Below, piece by piece: positions 36,150-52,317 of a DNA stretch of 64,000 nt. Position numbers and translations under genes: made by a program. The notes beneath the pieces were generated by a model. That model was not told where the DNA came from. It made no database searches and saw nothing but the letters and a program-made list of their open reading frames with translations. The stretch is taken from contig OU015567.1 in the NCBI GenBank assembly GCA_907165135.1, positions 12,276,001-12,340,000 of the forward strand, in the 5' to 3' direction. Within the stretch, counting starts at the first letter, position 1. The number at the start of each line of letters is the position of its first letter. The stretch is from Oikopleura dioica. Its lineage: Eukaryota > Animalia > Chordata.

Positions 36150-37760
36150 GCATTAAAGAAGTGCTTTGATCTTCAAACATGTTTGTAAGTTCGATTTCAT
36201 ATTTACGTGGCTTGTCAGATCGGACATATCGAAGAAGTTTCACTTCAAGTTTTTTTGATTTGTAAAATGCTAATTTAAATCATTACCTGATCCAGCATTT
36301 CTACTTTTTCTACGTAGTCTTTCTCGTTCGGCCGTTTCTTCTTTCAGTTTCGCCTGGTCAGCTAGTTTTGGCAACTGTCTTTTGATCAAATTGAACTTTT
36401 CTGAAATACGAGAATAGTCAACGGGTGTTTCCGCCATGTCAAACCGATGATAGCTTTGTCGGAGTCTTGATCGTGACTTTCGTCGTATTCGTCTGGGTCA
36501 AGGATGACCGGCGCCACCGTTGGAATAAGTAAATGATATTTGTGTTGGGGCTTTTCTTATCAAGAAGGTTAGTACATAACCGGATATTTGCAGATTAATA
36601 CCAACAAATTTCTCGCGGAAGTTCCTCAGCAGGCGGCGCATTTCTTTCGTTTGGATTTGTTCCTTTATGTCTTCAATTGACTTCAAGTTTTTCCGCCGCC
36701 TTTGTGGCAGACTGCGGAAGTTGGAAGCACTTCGTCGTTCATGATCGATGCGTTGTCGCTCCAACTCAAGATAGTTGACGCTCTTTAGAACGGGTTATCT
36801 TTTTCGATTGAGAAACTTCAAATTTTCGAAATTCGATAGGTCAAAAAAGCTATGGCAACGATGGCAGATAAAAACCATTTCCTGTCCGACTATCAAGCTT
36901 CTACTGCCAAGGTGCCTTAGTTTAGCTCCCAAGCAGTATTTACAAATTAACAGATCAGCTAATAATTGCTCTCAACTTTCAAGATAGAGTCAATACTGTT
37001 CCTTTATGTGCGTCATGAAAACCGCCGCTGCCGAAAACCGTCTCATCTAATTGCCGTCGTAACCGATCGTTTTTTACATGTGCTTACAAATATTTTTAGA
37101 AAATTATAACTAGTTATTTTCTTGATAACTGGCACCCACGTTTGTCTTGTCTATAAAAAGTCTTTTGCTTATCTTTAAAAATAGACATTTCTTGTATGGC
37201 TCAAACTCAAGAGAAACTGTTTTTTTTATCAAAAAAGTCATATCTAAGCTCAGCTTGACATTTTTACGTGCGAACTCTTCAAAATTGCGTTAATCCCTGA
37301 GCAAATTTGCATAGGTCGATACACTTTAAAATTTGTACTGTATCTTTCTTACCGATGAAGGTTCGTTTCTTTTCTTGCTCCTTAGATTTTTGATAGTTTC
37401 TCTCGGTTTTCGACGGACTTCTTAGGTCGTATTGCATTTTTGATTTAGATTCAAGTGGGAGCGATAGGCGCCCATCAGCAGATTATTTGCTCGGAAAGTC
37501 AATTTGTGTTGATCCAACTCCTTTTCCAGATACTGTAAATGTCATGTTCGCCTGTAGCAGTAGCTCATCAGAGAAGGGCAATAAAATTTTACGCCACCAT
37601 GTGAGAGGCGAAACCACATGCGATCATAAGAGCGCACTTTGCATTGTCTGAAAACTACTGTTGGTGTAGCACAGGCGTTTCCCATCGCGATCGTTGAACT
37701 CCACCAACTGACGAATTTTACGCTCCGTCAGTTCTCCGATGCCTCGGGGCGGTGGAGGAG
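36150..37760 (-). pseudogene. Degenerate USP-like cysteine protease relic (tentative)
   Basis: Fragments RLCYTNSSFQTM (Cys-box-like), FICHRCH and KCAAC*GTSARNLLVLICKYPVMY among many stops. Confidence 0.3.
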
Positions 37761-37899
37761 CATCTTTGCATCTATTATATTTCTCCGTCCGACTTATTAA
37801 AATATGGAGCTATTTTTAAGCTCGTTAAGATTTTTCGTCAAAAGCTTTACAGTAGTAGAGAAATACAAGTATTTAATTTGGTACACATTATGTTTCTGG

Positions 37900-39556
37900 A
37901 CAGGATGGAAAATGGTTTCTTCAAAAGCTTATTCAGAGAGTCTTTCGCATCGTTACTTGCCAAATTCAAATACAGTAAGTTCATAACATGATTATATATC
38001 ATGAGGCTAAAAATTAAGATTGATGGAGAATACACAGACGCAAAGAAAGCAAAATTCTTCATGTGGGAGGGAGAAAATCCTGTCGCTCCGGTAGAATCTG
38101 AAGCGCAGAAGCCAAATTACTCAAAATTACTTTCAAATTACAACGAAGAACAAAGATCTGGGAAAGTCCCTTACGTATTTGACTATATCCCGTCAATGTT
38201 CTTGAAAAGCCCGTCTCTGCAGAAATCCTATAACGACTTTGCGATAAAGCACGGCAGTGGATTACGGAAGCAAACGAAGGGGACAGTTCTGCTGACGTAC
38301 TACCGTTCCGGGTCAAGTTTTCTTGGACAGCTTTTCAATCAACATCCTGATGTGTTTTACCACTTTGAGCCGCTCTTTCCGTACTCGAGGGATTGTTCGT
38401 CTGATTCTCCTGCTTTCAAGGTAAAAAAATCCGCTTATGTTTTCTAATTTTTTGTAGAAAGAGAAAATCGAAAATCTTGAGAGAATACTGTCATGTGACA
38501 TGCCGAACATGCGAAATCTCACCCAAAAGATTCAACACTTCAACCCAAACCTTTACAACTCAAGGCTCTGCCTCTTGACTGGTGCATGTTTTCGTTTCAA
38601 CTCCCTTAGTCTTTGCGATCCGCGGCTGTGCCCGCCAATGCCCGGTGGAGAATTGAAATGCTCGAGTTGTGGGCCTCTAAATTTGGAACTGACGGACGAC
38701 CTCTGCAGGGAGAAAGAAATGACGGTTGTGAAAACGATTCGAATATGCAACGGGTCCTGGCTAGACTCGATTTCTAAGTCAATGTCTCTCAAAGTCGTCC
38801 ATCTCATTCGCGACCCGCGAGCCATCGCCAAGTCCAGACTATCAATCCCTGACGACCCAATTACAGAAGCAGAGATCGTCAAAAATGTTACTGACTTGTG
38901 CAAACAACAGATGCTGACCTATGAAAAATACTTTGGAAGCGATGACTACTCAACGGTTCTTTATGAAGACCTGAATCGATTGCCGTTTGAAAAGGCTCAA
39001 GAAATTTATGATTTCGTCGGTTTGACCTTTCATCCGAAAGTGAAAGGCTGGATCCGACAAAATACAGGCGCTTCAAGGTTAGATCTGATAGAAATGCAAA
39101 TCTTTAATAATGTTTAGGGTACGGCGAGAATCTCTCGATCTCAAAGATTTCCACGTCGCAAAACGAACCATGATCGATGACAAAGAGGTGATTCTGTACG
39201 AAGACAACGCTGGACATAACTACACGAAAACGAAGTTCAAGGTCAAAGAAACTCAAGATATGCTCCTTCAAAACAGCATGCCCGACATGTCGAAAATAAT
39301 CGTCGAAGAAGTCAACTCACCCGACAGAAAGAGGACCGTCGTCCACAATCAAATTCTCGAAGCGAGAAATCCCTTTGGCACGTATAGAAACTCGGCGACG
39401 GTTTTGGAGACATGGCCAAGCAAACTCCCGTTTGAGATAGTTGACGGGATTCAGAAGGGATGTAGTGAGCTTATGGAAGAATTCGGTTACAAGTTTGTAC
39501 GATCAAAAGAAGAATATGAAGATAAGAGTACCTCGTACCTGCCTGAACTTCAGTGA
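37900..39556 (+). CDS. Carbohydrate 6-O-sulfotransferase (CHST1/3/5-like)
   Basis: 5'-[30 protein letters not shown], 3'-[18 protein letters not shown] and VLYEDL. The start exon is uncertain. Confidence 0.88.
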
Positions 39557-39961
39557 GATAGAAATCTCGAAATTTCGTTACTGTAAATAAATATTCTCCC
39601 CGTCGATAAGTGGTTGAACGCGTTCTTCTTTGTAAGGTTTTTTTTGACTCATTAACACGGACCAAATTGTCAGCCAGGGACCGGTGAAGTCTAACTGAGT
39701 TGGTTAAGTTTTTCATCATCGCCTGAGGAGTTAATGCAAAAATAATTTTGCCAAGATAAAACGAATATTTAGCTTATGGTTTCTTGATTTTTTTTTTACT
39801 TGCGGACAAAGTCTTAGTAGACATACCACTAGAAAAATATTATAGCATACAATAAATAAGATACACTGCATTTTTTCACAAGAAACTTCTCAAGTTGATG
39901 CTGAAGATTGAATGATGATGAATTTATTGTGGAACTGAGACAACTGTTTAGTTGAAGGCCT

Positions 39962-41855
39962 TTAGAAAAGGTAATGGGCATTGTTGAAAGGATCAAATGG
40001 ATAAGGGCAGTATCCGAAATTAGGATTGACGTTTGGATTCTGAATCGCTGGCTGAGCAGGAAGACCTCGGGCGAGCATTTTGCAGCGCCACTCGTTCAAT
40101 CGCCATCGCGCTGGGCCGGGCTGGTTCACTGACTTGTCGCTCCAAAGCCGCTCGGCTAACAAAACCCTTAGAATCGGAAGAGATTGAGGACAACTTACCG
40201 ACAGCGCTAGCGCGGGGCCAGATTCGCTGAAGAATGTTCGTTCCGTCGACGAATTCGCCCCACATCGCCGCTGAACCGCCCATGACAAGTTTGTTCTGCT
40301 CAGCGGTGCCGTTGAAGTCAGTTGGTTCGATAACGTAGTATCCTTCCCAATCAACACCGTATGAGATGATATTGAGATACCAAGGGGAGGCGAGAATGGC
40401 TTTGTGGCCAGATTTCGTGACAGCATTCATGGTGTCCTTCCATGTTCCAGATCTTCCCTTCCAAACTTCAACGACGGTTTCATTTGAGATTTTCACGCCA
40501 TTGACAAATACTTCTTCCCAAACAACGTAGTTCTTCTTCAAGTCATGTGCAATGTCAACCATTCCTAGCAAATAAATAAACTAGAATTTGACTTCTATAT
40601 TTTCTTACCTTGGACCCAAACTTGTTCTAGCTGAGCATATGTAGTCAAATTATTCTTCGCCATATACGCAGTTATATCTGGGTTAGACTTCCAGCAGCCA
40701 AATGGAACTTCATCGCCGCCGAGATGCAGGTAGCTATCGCGAAAGACTTCGTTGACTTCGGTGAATAGTTTTCGCATGAGATCGTAGTTTTCTTGGTAGA
40801 TGGGGTTGATTGGCCCGTGGCTTCCGTCGGGCTCGCCATTGCGGTAGCAAGGAGTCAAGAATTTCGGGCCACCGCCGGGTCCCCAAGCGTCGGTATGACC
40901 GGGAGTGTCGAACTCTGGAACAACTCGGACTCCTAGAAGATGATTTAATGGTTGCTTCTCGCTGATAGAATTTACCTCTTAGGCGGGCGAATTCGATGAT
41001 GTCTTTGATTTCGTGAATGGTGTAGACATGGAGTGGCGTGTAAGATCCAAGGAAGCTGAGTTCGGGCAACACTTGCGATTCATAAGGGAAGCTTTGCAGG
41101 TCGACAATATGCCAGTGAAGAATATTCATCTTATTCCAAGAAAGAGCGCTAGAAAATGCGAGTTATTGCAAAATCTATATTTTAGGACTCACGTGATCTG
41201 AGCTTTGATGACGGAAATAGGAAGATAATGTCGGGAAGTGTCAATTAAAAATCCTCTGAAGGGAAATCTCGGCCAGTCGGTAATCATGGTCGAGTTTACA
41301 CTCGGTCGGTAGTCAATATTGTGAATCATCTGCGTGAAGCTCTCCAGTCCATGAATTACTCCCCACTCGGCACTGGCTGTCAATTCAACTTTCTCGGGCG
41401 TTGGAGAGCCGACTTGAAGGGTGTACGATTCGTTCATATTTTGAGAAGGGTAGTTTTCGCAGTTGATGATTTTGACCTCGATTGTGTCGATGATTCCAGC
41501 GGCAGAGGAGGCTGAGAACTTGAGCTTTTTGGAACTAGAACTGGCGATTTTGAAGTGGGAACGGATCAGATCTTGGTATCGCTGGAAGATGTCGGGGATA
41601 ATGTCGCATTGGGGCGACTCAGGAGTCAGAACAAACTGGATATTTGCATCTGAAGAGAAATTGAGTGATTGAATACATTCCGTTAGTGTAAGGGCTTGAT
41701 TGCTTTTAAAACTCACCTAAAATTTGAAATTCCTGCGTCACCGCCATACTCTGCGGCAAAGGCCAAACCGTGCCATCGTACTGCCACGGCGGCAGAAATC
41801 TATCAGCTGCATTCGTTAGCGCATTTCCAAGAAAAAATGCCGAAAGAAATTTCAT
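39962..41855 (-). CDS. Lysosomal beta-hexosaminidase (GH20, HEXA/HEXB-like)
   Basis: Signal peptide, VWPLPQ, DWPRFPFRGFLIDTSRHYL, NILHWHIVD.QSFP, EFDTPGHT, YLHLGGDEV, LASPWYLN, GGSAAMWGEFVD, IWPRASAV. Confidence 0.95.
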
Positions 41856-42040
41856 TTTTACATTCAGTTACGATTTCTCTAAAAAACGAAATTGAGTTTT
41901 TACTGCCGTATTTTCTGCCGGCGTTTCGATTTGAAAATGGGAGTAGTTCACACTTGAATGGCAAAAACAGACAAGAATCGATAAAAATTTTATGCTCTCG
42001 CGCCCTGACCTAGAAAATTAGGGAAAATCGTTTTTGAGCT

Positions 42041-42800
42041 TTATTCTGAAATTTTTTTCAAAAATTCTAGTTCTGGCTGTTCATTCTGCTTTTCGATTTC
42101 TTCAGGGAACATCGTTCCAACTGCATCTCTCGCAAACTCGGCAAAAATTGGCTCTTGCATCGCCTGGTCAAGCAAGAATCGAATATCCGTCGAGCTTCGC
42201 TCTGAAACAATCTCTTCTAGCATTGGCCGCAAGTGGGGATTGTACAAGTGCCGTTTGATCAAGTCTGTGTTCAATCGTTCCAGTCGGTGGCCTTCTACTT
42301 TGTCTTGAGATATTACAGAGTCGATTTCCTGAAGAAAGGGCTGATTAGAATGTTTGAAAAGTGGAAGGGAAAACCACCTTCAATCCAGGTTTCTTGGCGG
42401 GTTTGCGCTTTCTCGGGACACAAGTTGTTTTGTGGATCTTGTAGCATTCCACTTTACAGTAATTTGACAGGCAGGCAGGGCATCTGTACTTTGGGCTTTC
42501 TATCTTTCAAAGAGTTGAAAAAAATCGGATATTTTAATTTGAAAATGTGAGAAAAAGGTGATTTTCGATAAAGAAGAGGATTAAAATTGATTGAATTACT
42601 CTTTCCTTGCATTCCACGCAGATCTTCACCGGCTTGACTTCAACTTCTATCGTTTTCACTTGCTCTGGCTTTTTGAAATTTCCATCCCTTTTTGAATTAT
42701 TGTGATTTCTGCTCCCTCCACGGCCTCCTCTTCCTCGACCTCTTCCTCTTCGGTGATTTCCTCTGTGATTACTCCTTTCTCGTTCGATCTGTTCAGTCAT
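42041..42800 (-). CDS. ZNHIT3: Zinc finger HIT domain protein 3
   Basis: CVEC..PKYRCPACLSNYCKVECYKIHKTTC HIT finger, plus C-terminal LYNPHLRPML...AMQEPIFAEFA. Confidence 0.8.
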
Positions 42801-43337
42801 TTTCTTAAAAAGTCGGGATCAGCAGGAGAAACTCTTGAAAATTGGAGATTTGAAAAGAGAAAATCGGGCGGAACATGCGCGCTTATTGGCCAGCGGCGCT
42901 CCCGACCGAGAGATTGAGCCGCAATTTTTTATGCATTTATTCTCAAGAGAACAATAATCAGCTGTCAATTCTGACACTCTTTAGGTTTTTTGAGTTGAAA
43001 AAAGTGTTGAGAGATAACGAGAAGACACGAAAACATGAATTTAGTAGAGAATGTTATCTGGAAATCATTTTATCATGTATTAAAAGTACCTGGCTTTAGT
43101 TATGAGTCTTATTGTCTACGATACGAAGTATGAATCAAAGTAATTAGTCTCGTATAGCGGAAAATCAATTTATTAAATATCCATTATTCTTAAAAAACAA
43201 GTTGTGGTCTTCACTAACAGAAAGAAAAAATCAACTGTCAAACAACTTCACTTTCAATTTATTTCGATGCTTGTCCATAATTATTTCCCCGGAGGAAAAT
43301 TTTTGTTTTCAGAACAAAAGTTCGAAAAGCAAGAAAA

Positions 43338-45088
43338 ATGCCGCTGGAAGAGCTGAAACGATACGCGTCACAAGTCAAAAAACTCTGCGACAAGGAAAAA
43401 TATGGCGATGCCGGTCAGCTACTCAATGCGTTGAAGGAAGAAAAAATCACAAAAGAACTGCTCGAAAGCTCGAAAATCGGTCATGTCGTCAATGCACTGA
43501 GAAAGGGGGCACAAAATGCTGGACACACGGAAATCGCTGCTCAATCGAAATGTAGATTTTGATTATATAAAAATGTATATTTATATATAAACATAAAAAT
43601 TGCTCTGGAAAAGAAGTGATTCACTTCATGTATCTATATTTATGAGATTTTAAATTGATTTATTTATGTCTTAGGAGGGAAACTCCCTTATTTGCCCGCT
43701 GAAATCGAAACATAAAGAGTCAAGTGAAATAAAGATTTACAGCTACTCGCCAGAATAAATATCAATCCTCAATTGTGAATTGCCAATTTTCAATTGCGCA
43801 TCGATTTTATTCTTGAATTCAAAACAGAGACGCTTTTTGAGAAATTCCTATGTCAGGAATTTACGTTTAAGTTTTTCCTTTCTAGCTCTGATCAAACAAT
43901 GGAAAGCGCAAATGGCTCAAAACGCGGACAATGGGGGAACGCCGAAAGTACAGAAGACAGAGAGCAGCTCACAGAAACGCGAAAAAGAAAAGGAAAAGCT
44001 GCCTGTCGCGAATGATTCTTCTCCAAATCTCGGCGCTTCTATTCAACCCACTTCGGATCCGAGCAGAAACAAATGCAGAGAACTTCTTCAAAAAGCCCTT
44101 ATGGTTGATAAGGATAAATACCAACCGCAGTTTGTTAGCCTAATGGCCGCTAAAATTGAAGGTATTCGACTGATCCTTAGATTGAGGGTAGACTCTACCC
44201 GGTAGACGGGTTCTTTGAGTCCTTATTCTTGATTTCAGAGGCAATCTTCACCTTCCACGGCTGTTCAAGCTCAGACACGAAGTACCGAAACAAAATCCGA
44301 TCTCGCTACTCCAACCTCAAAGATGCCAAAAACCCGGAGCTGCGCGACTCGGTCATGAGCGGCATCATCTCCGCCGAAAAACTAGCCAGCATGAAGCCAG
44401 AAGAAATGGCGTCAAAGCAACTTCAAGAGTTGAGGAAGAAATTTACTAAAGAAGCGATTAATGACCACCAAATGGCGCAGAACGAAGGCACAAAGACAGA
44501 TATGTTTACTTGTGGAAAGGAAAGAGGTTCACGATTTTTCTGGAAAGCAGTTTTCTTTTTTGAAAATACCAGTTGGCATGAGTCGCCCAAAGAATAAATC
44601 GAAAGAGCATAAACTCCCGTAAACACGCAGTTACGGCTAGGGAGTTGGCATTTTCAGTTTGCTCAGCGCATCTGTGACATCATTACAAGTAAATATTTAG
44701 CGAGTGAAATTTCATTCCATTTCCTTTCACTTTGTAGGATCACTCGTTCGAGACCATTGATAAAATAAAAAAAAAATGATGTGATTGACATTTTTATTGA
44801 AATCAAAAATGAAAGAGATATAAAATGAAAAACTTGAAATTCGTATTTTCTTAATCGCAGATAAAGGAATATTCAATGAAACTTCTTTTTAATTCACAAA
44901 TGTTCTAAAATGAATCCGTATATCATTTCTATAAAAAAATCCCGCTCCACCATAAAATATCTTTAACCTCTCGAAAGTGCAAGGGCAAAGAATGCACATA
45001 CACCCAGCTCCAAACCCGATCTGCCGATGAGCCGATGACGACCTTCGTTTACTGTATGAGCTGTGGTAATCGATGGAAATTCTGCTAG
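43338..45088 (+). CDS. TCEA: Transcription elongation factor TFIIS
   Basis: N-domain [17 protein letters not shown], central [30 protein letters not shown], zinc ribbon [40 protein letters not shown]. Confidence 0.95.
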
Positions 45089-45620
45089 CTCCTTTTCTTT
45101 TGTTTTCCCTATTTTTAAAATTTACATTTACATTTTTTCCGGCCATGTTTAAATTTAGCCTGTACAGAAAGAGAAAAAACTAGAACTAAAAAGGTGCTTT
45201 TTAGCTTTTTTGAAGCATGAGCTTTCTTTTAGCTAAAAAAGAAACTGGTGAACAGAAACAGAATCTACCATATTTTCAATCTACTAGTAGTATATTTATA
45301 TGAGTGAACATACAACTACATGTGAGCAAATACGAATTCATAAATACAGAAAAATCCTCCCTGACAGTATCCCAATCTCAAAGATCTATCAACTTAAAAC
45401 TTGTATCCAAAATATTTTGCGATAAGGTTATTACGTAACTATAATTTTTACTGCCCAAATACTGTCAACTGAAAATCTACAAAGTCTTGTTACTGTAACT
45501 TACTCTCACCTTTACTTACACTCAGGATGAGTCACTCATATATAACTTTACATTACTATTCTTCTTTTCGTAAAAATAAACCTTTGCCCGACCAATTTAT
45601 CAACCCAAAATATTCAGAAA

Positions 45621-47653
<2,033 letters not shown>

Positions 47654-48105
47654 CTGTGTTTATTATAACTGCTCTCCACCACCAATTTTTCTCCAGTTCA
47701 AAAACTCCTCACAATCGCAACTTTTTCTCCGCTCTTTTCCGCAGTCCTTCATTCCTGAAATATCTTCATCCGCACAAGCAGCTGTCTAATTGAATATATT
47801 GCTACTTTTGTAAATATAAAAATACAACCGACAATCCACTTCTTTCCAATTTCAAGCATCGTACGAGAAAAATGTGAAAAAGTTCAAAAATCCTTGAAAT
47901 TTTTATTTTTAATTCGCTCCTGAAAGAAAAACTGATTACTCAAAATGTAATGAAATTGTAATTCATTGAATTCAATGAATTTCATTCTACCTCCACCAAA
48001 ATATTCTAGACCTAAAAATAGTCTCTTACGGAGCCGATTTTCTAGAACATCGGGATTGCTCCTGTTATTACTGATAAAAGGCTCACAGTGTAAAAGGAGT
48101 GAGCG

Positions 48106-50620
48106 ATGACGCAAAAGGCTGCTGCAAATCCTCATCGCTCGGCGGTGGTCCAGACGGAACGCAAGCATGACTATTTATACTCAAAAGGTAAGCCCTCCAG
48201 ACTTATTTTTCGTAATAACAAAATTGGCTAGACTATCATGTTTCGGGGCCAAGGGATCACAATCGCGCCATCTATCGGGCAAAGACCAATACTGATAATG
48301 TTAAGAAAATGTTCAGGTAAATCGCTTAAACTTTCATATCTTTTAATTATTTTAAACTTAAGCCATGAAAAATGTTCTCGGAACTTCGGCATCATCCTCG
48401 GTTTGAGACGGTGCTTGTACAAAAGACCCAGTACCTTCGTTTATCAACAAGAATTATCAAGACAAAGCTCAGATCGACCGCCAGGAGACGATGTTCTACG
48501 GAGCTAGGGATGTCGGAGGCGAGGACAGATACAAGTATTTCAGAAGGCCAAATGTTCCATTCAGTCAGGTATATATCCCCTTCAAAGGCTCTTTTCTAGT
48601 GTTTTCAGGCTCCAGCAGACGTAATTCTTGAGCCACCACGCCAAGTTGTCCATACAAATGATTCGGTCGTCCAAAGAACTCGTACACTCGCCACACAAAC
48701 CGACTACCGCGATCAAGAATCTCAAACCGAACCTTACTCTCCCGACTACACCGTCGCCCCTGGTCAAAATCCCGAGATCCTCTCTCTCGCAGGGCTCAAG
48801 TACAAACGTGGCCTGCCAGCGGGCGTCGCCGAAGTGACGATGATCGAGCGTGCGCGCGATAAACGACGCTGGGAGGAAAGTCTCCCGCCGCTCAACGACC
48901 CGGCCCAGATTCACAAGCGGCGGCTGATGATGGAGCAACGCGAAAAATTTGAATGGCAACAGCGTGACAGAGAAATTGAAGAAATCCAAAAAGAAAAACT
49001 TGACGTATGTACTCTTTTCTAACCGGTTTCCTTTTCTTATTCCTTTTGTAGATAATGAAACAAGAATTAAAAGCTGAACATGAAGAATTTGCCGGATTAT
49101 TGGAAGAAGCACTTGAAGAGACTGCGGTCAAGCTCGCGAAAGAAGCTGAAGTAAAAATAGATAAAGTAAAGAAAGGTACTATTCGTCCCTAAAACTCCAT
49201 TTTCAATCTTTTCTTTCAGAACACGTCAAGAAGCAAAGACGAATAAAAAAATATGCACACATAGATACGCCATATCTAGGAGAAGATTACAAGCGAGACA
49301 TCGTTAAGGATTATATTGATTATGGTTCGGAGGTGAGCTTTTTTTAGCCAACTTGAAATTCTAGTGTTGTTATAGACATATGCACCGATCGCTAGACACG
49401 GTCAAATCGGCGATAAAACGAGCAGCAAGTACCACGTGCAGAGTAAATATCTCGACACTTATGAAGGCCTCTGCGCGCTCGAAAGATCCATCGGGAAGAG
49501 TCTCACAGAAACGTACATCCGCGCTCCTGCACCAAAACAAGGACCTGGCAAGGACGGCTTCGTTCGACGCAAGGACAGGATGGACTGGGACCTCAAGGAG
49601 TCTTACGACATCATTCAGAAGCAAAAGGCCGAACGAGAGCTCAAGCGACAGCCGCGATTGCTCGTTGAAGTTCCTCCACCAGCACCTCGACCAGTTACTC
49701 CTACTTGCGAGGCGCCAGGCGAGAACTTCCAAAAGAAACAGATCGCCGCAACTCTTCTTCAAAAACTCCTGCGAGGAATGGCTTCGCGACGAGAAACTCT
49801 CACCGAGTTGGATAGACGACGCGATCTCATCGAAGAAGTCAGATCTACTCACATTCTTCTCGAGTCCGAAAAGAAGGCCAAAGATGCCGAGAAGCAACGG
49901 GTCATGGATCGAAGGAAGGTCGAAAAGGACATGCGAGCAGAGCACAATGAGGTCTCAGAGATTGTCCACGGCGTTGCTGGAAAGAAAGCGCAGAGAATCT
50001 TGGACTTCTTGCAGAATGAGCTTATTCGACTTCAGGATGAGCGAAGGTAAGATTTTCGATGAAATTCTCTCCTAAGTTCTCTTATTTAGATGCCATGCAT
50101 TCGCAATTCTAGCAGAGCGAAAACGACGCATCCGGGAAGCCGAGGAAGCTGGACTTCGCCAAGAAGAAGAGCGCCGCCGCCGAGAAGAAGACGAAATCTG
50201 GCAAGAAGTCGTCAAAACTCGCCACCAGTCCGTCGACCAGTACTTGCTCAAGATCGCTAGCGAGGCAACCAACTTGGCTGCTGCTGAGCTCGCTGAAGAG
50301 CAAATTGAAAAGATGGTCGATGTTATTGACACAAACCCTCGTGGCCTCTCGTCACGGTGAGTCTTTATTTCTTATTCTTATAAACGATTTCACGGCTTAT
50401 TTTCGCCTCCAATAGAAATTCACATGCCTGAATTTTAATTTTATTCTTTCCTAGCGACCAAGCTGCGGATATGGTTCACAACTTCTTGATTCCCGAGGTC
50501 GTCCGACGAGAGCATCTTGAAGAACCACACCGAGAACGAGAAGCTCGACTCAAGGCTGCTCGAAATCTGCTCTTCCCGATTGTCGATGGAGACGAGAAAG
50601 AGTGCCAGACCGAAGAATAA
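48106..50620 (+). CDS. CFAP91: Cilia- and flagella-associated protein 91 (MAATS1)
   Basis: DRYKYFRRP, ATQTDYRDQESQTEPYSPDY, LPAGVAEVTMIERARDKRRWEESLP, IQ motif LLQKLLRGMA, DFLQNELIRLQDERR. Confidence 0.88.
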
Positions 50621-50881
50621 TCCTCCGATTTCTTCAACTTTGTTACTATTCCTCTGAGTCCATATATTATTCAATCTCTTTATTCAAATATTTTTCTATT
50701 CAACAAATCTTTTATTTATAATAAAGAACTATATTTTTATACAAAAATTGTGTCTCGTTTACTAAAAAACGTGGATGAATTTGGATTTTTCTAGCTTTTC
50801 TACTTTATTTTCGTAATAGAATGGCAGCTCCACTCTCGCCTAGAAGTAACAACACTGGAAACATAACCAAGTCTTTCCAAA

Positions 50882-51761
50882 ATGCTCATTATCCGGCGAA
50901 CTTGTCAATTTCCAGATTTTATGTCAGTCAACGAATCTCGGCTCATTAACCGAAAAACGATACGACAAGGGATTGAGTATCCGGGAGCTCAAGGGCAAGC
51001 TTGAATTGATAACAGGTTATCTACAGCTGAGCCGCTGGAATTTCATTTTCTGATTGTTAGGATGCTCGCCTGCTTCGATGAAGCTCTCGCTTGAATCGAG
51101 AAAGGGCGAGAAGATTTGCGACATGGACGATGATGAGCGACTTCTTGGATCGTACCCAGTCGAGGACTGTTGCGGAATTAGGGTCATTGACCCAGAATCC
51201 TTTGACTGGTCCGACTTGAACAAGATCGAGAAACAGGAAATGGACGATGATACCTACGATACTTTTAAGCCGACTTCAGTTAAGCCTACTGTTCGCGAAT
51301 ACAAGGTATATCAGTAAATCTAGCTCATATTCATTTCGTTTTCAGAGAATTCACAAGCTGGGCATGTTTAATCCAGAAAACCAAAAGAAAGCGCTTGAAG
51401 ATATGGAGGCGCAGGAGAAAAAGGACAAAGAAGCAAGAGAAAAGTAGAATTCACTGCCTTTTTCGCCTTATTCATTTTATTTTTTAGCTTCAAAGTTGGC
51501 CAGCGATGCGAAGTGACGTTGAAATCAAAGGGCAAACAACGCGGCGAGGTCAAATTTGTTGGAAACGTGTCTTTTCAGCCCAACGTCTGGATCGGAATCC
51601 AGCTCGATCTTCCGTATGGCAAAAACAACGGAACAGTCGAAGGACAGAAGTATTTTGAATGTCCGAACAATTTCGGTGTGTTTGCCAAACCTGATTCGGT
51701 AGAAGTCGGTGATTTTCCAAATGAAGAAGATGATCTCTTCTCGTCTGAGGATGAGATCTAA
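50882..51761 (+). CDS. TBCB: Tubulin-folding cofactor B
   Basis: UBL domain EKRYDKGLSIRELKGKLELITG..., then CAP-Gly RGEVKFVG...WIGIQLDLPYGKNNGTVEGQKYFEC...GVF ending EDEI*. The start is uncertain. Confidence 0.92.
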
Positions 51762-52317
51762 TGAACGCCTTAGTTCCTAGTTTTTTGTATTGAATAACTT
51801 TCTGTAAAACCCTCTTTTAGTATGTAAAGTTTCTATCTCTATGTTCCTAGAACAAGCTTTCAGCAGTATTCCCATTTGAAATTTTCAAACATGTCATGAT
51901 ATAAACAACATTTCCATGAAAACAAATCTTCTACCAACTTTCAAATACTTCCCCAAGTTTCACCTCTGCTCATATCCCGAAGCTCTTCACATTATTTTTA
52001 TTTGATTATATATCGTTTTTTTTCAATCCATCTCTTAAAATGTTTTTTTAGAATGACTTGGTGATAAAATGAGGCTTATAACTTCAGCTTGAAGACGCGG
52101 AAGCCAGCATCAAAAATAAATATGTGTGATTTCTTATTTTATTTGTCGATAAAAAATGACGCAAAAGCTATTTCGTTAAGGTATCTTACTGTTAATGTTA
52201 AAATAATTTAATTGTACTACATCATGCTGCACCAATCTTAAGACTGCAGTAAAATTAAGAAAAGAAATAAGTGTTCATAATCACGAAGTAACTTCAAAAG
52301 AAATTTTTAGACGTAAG

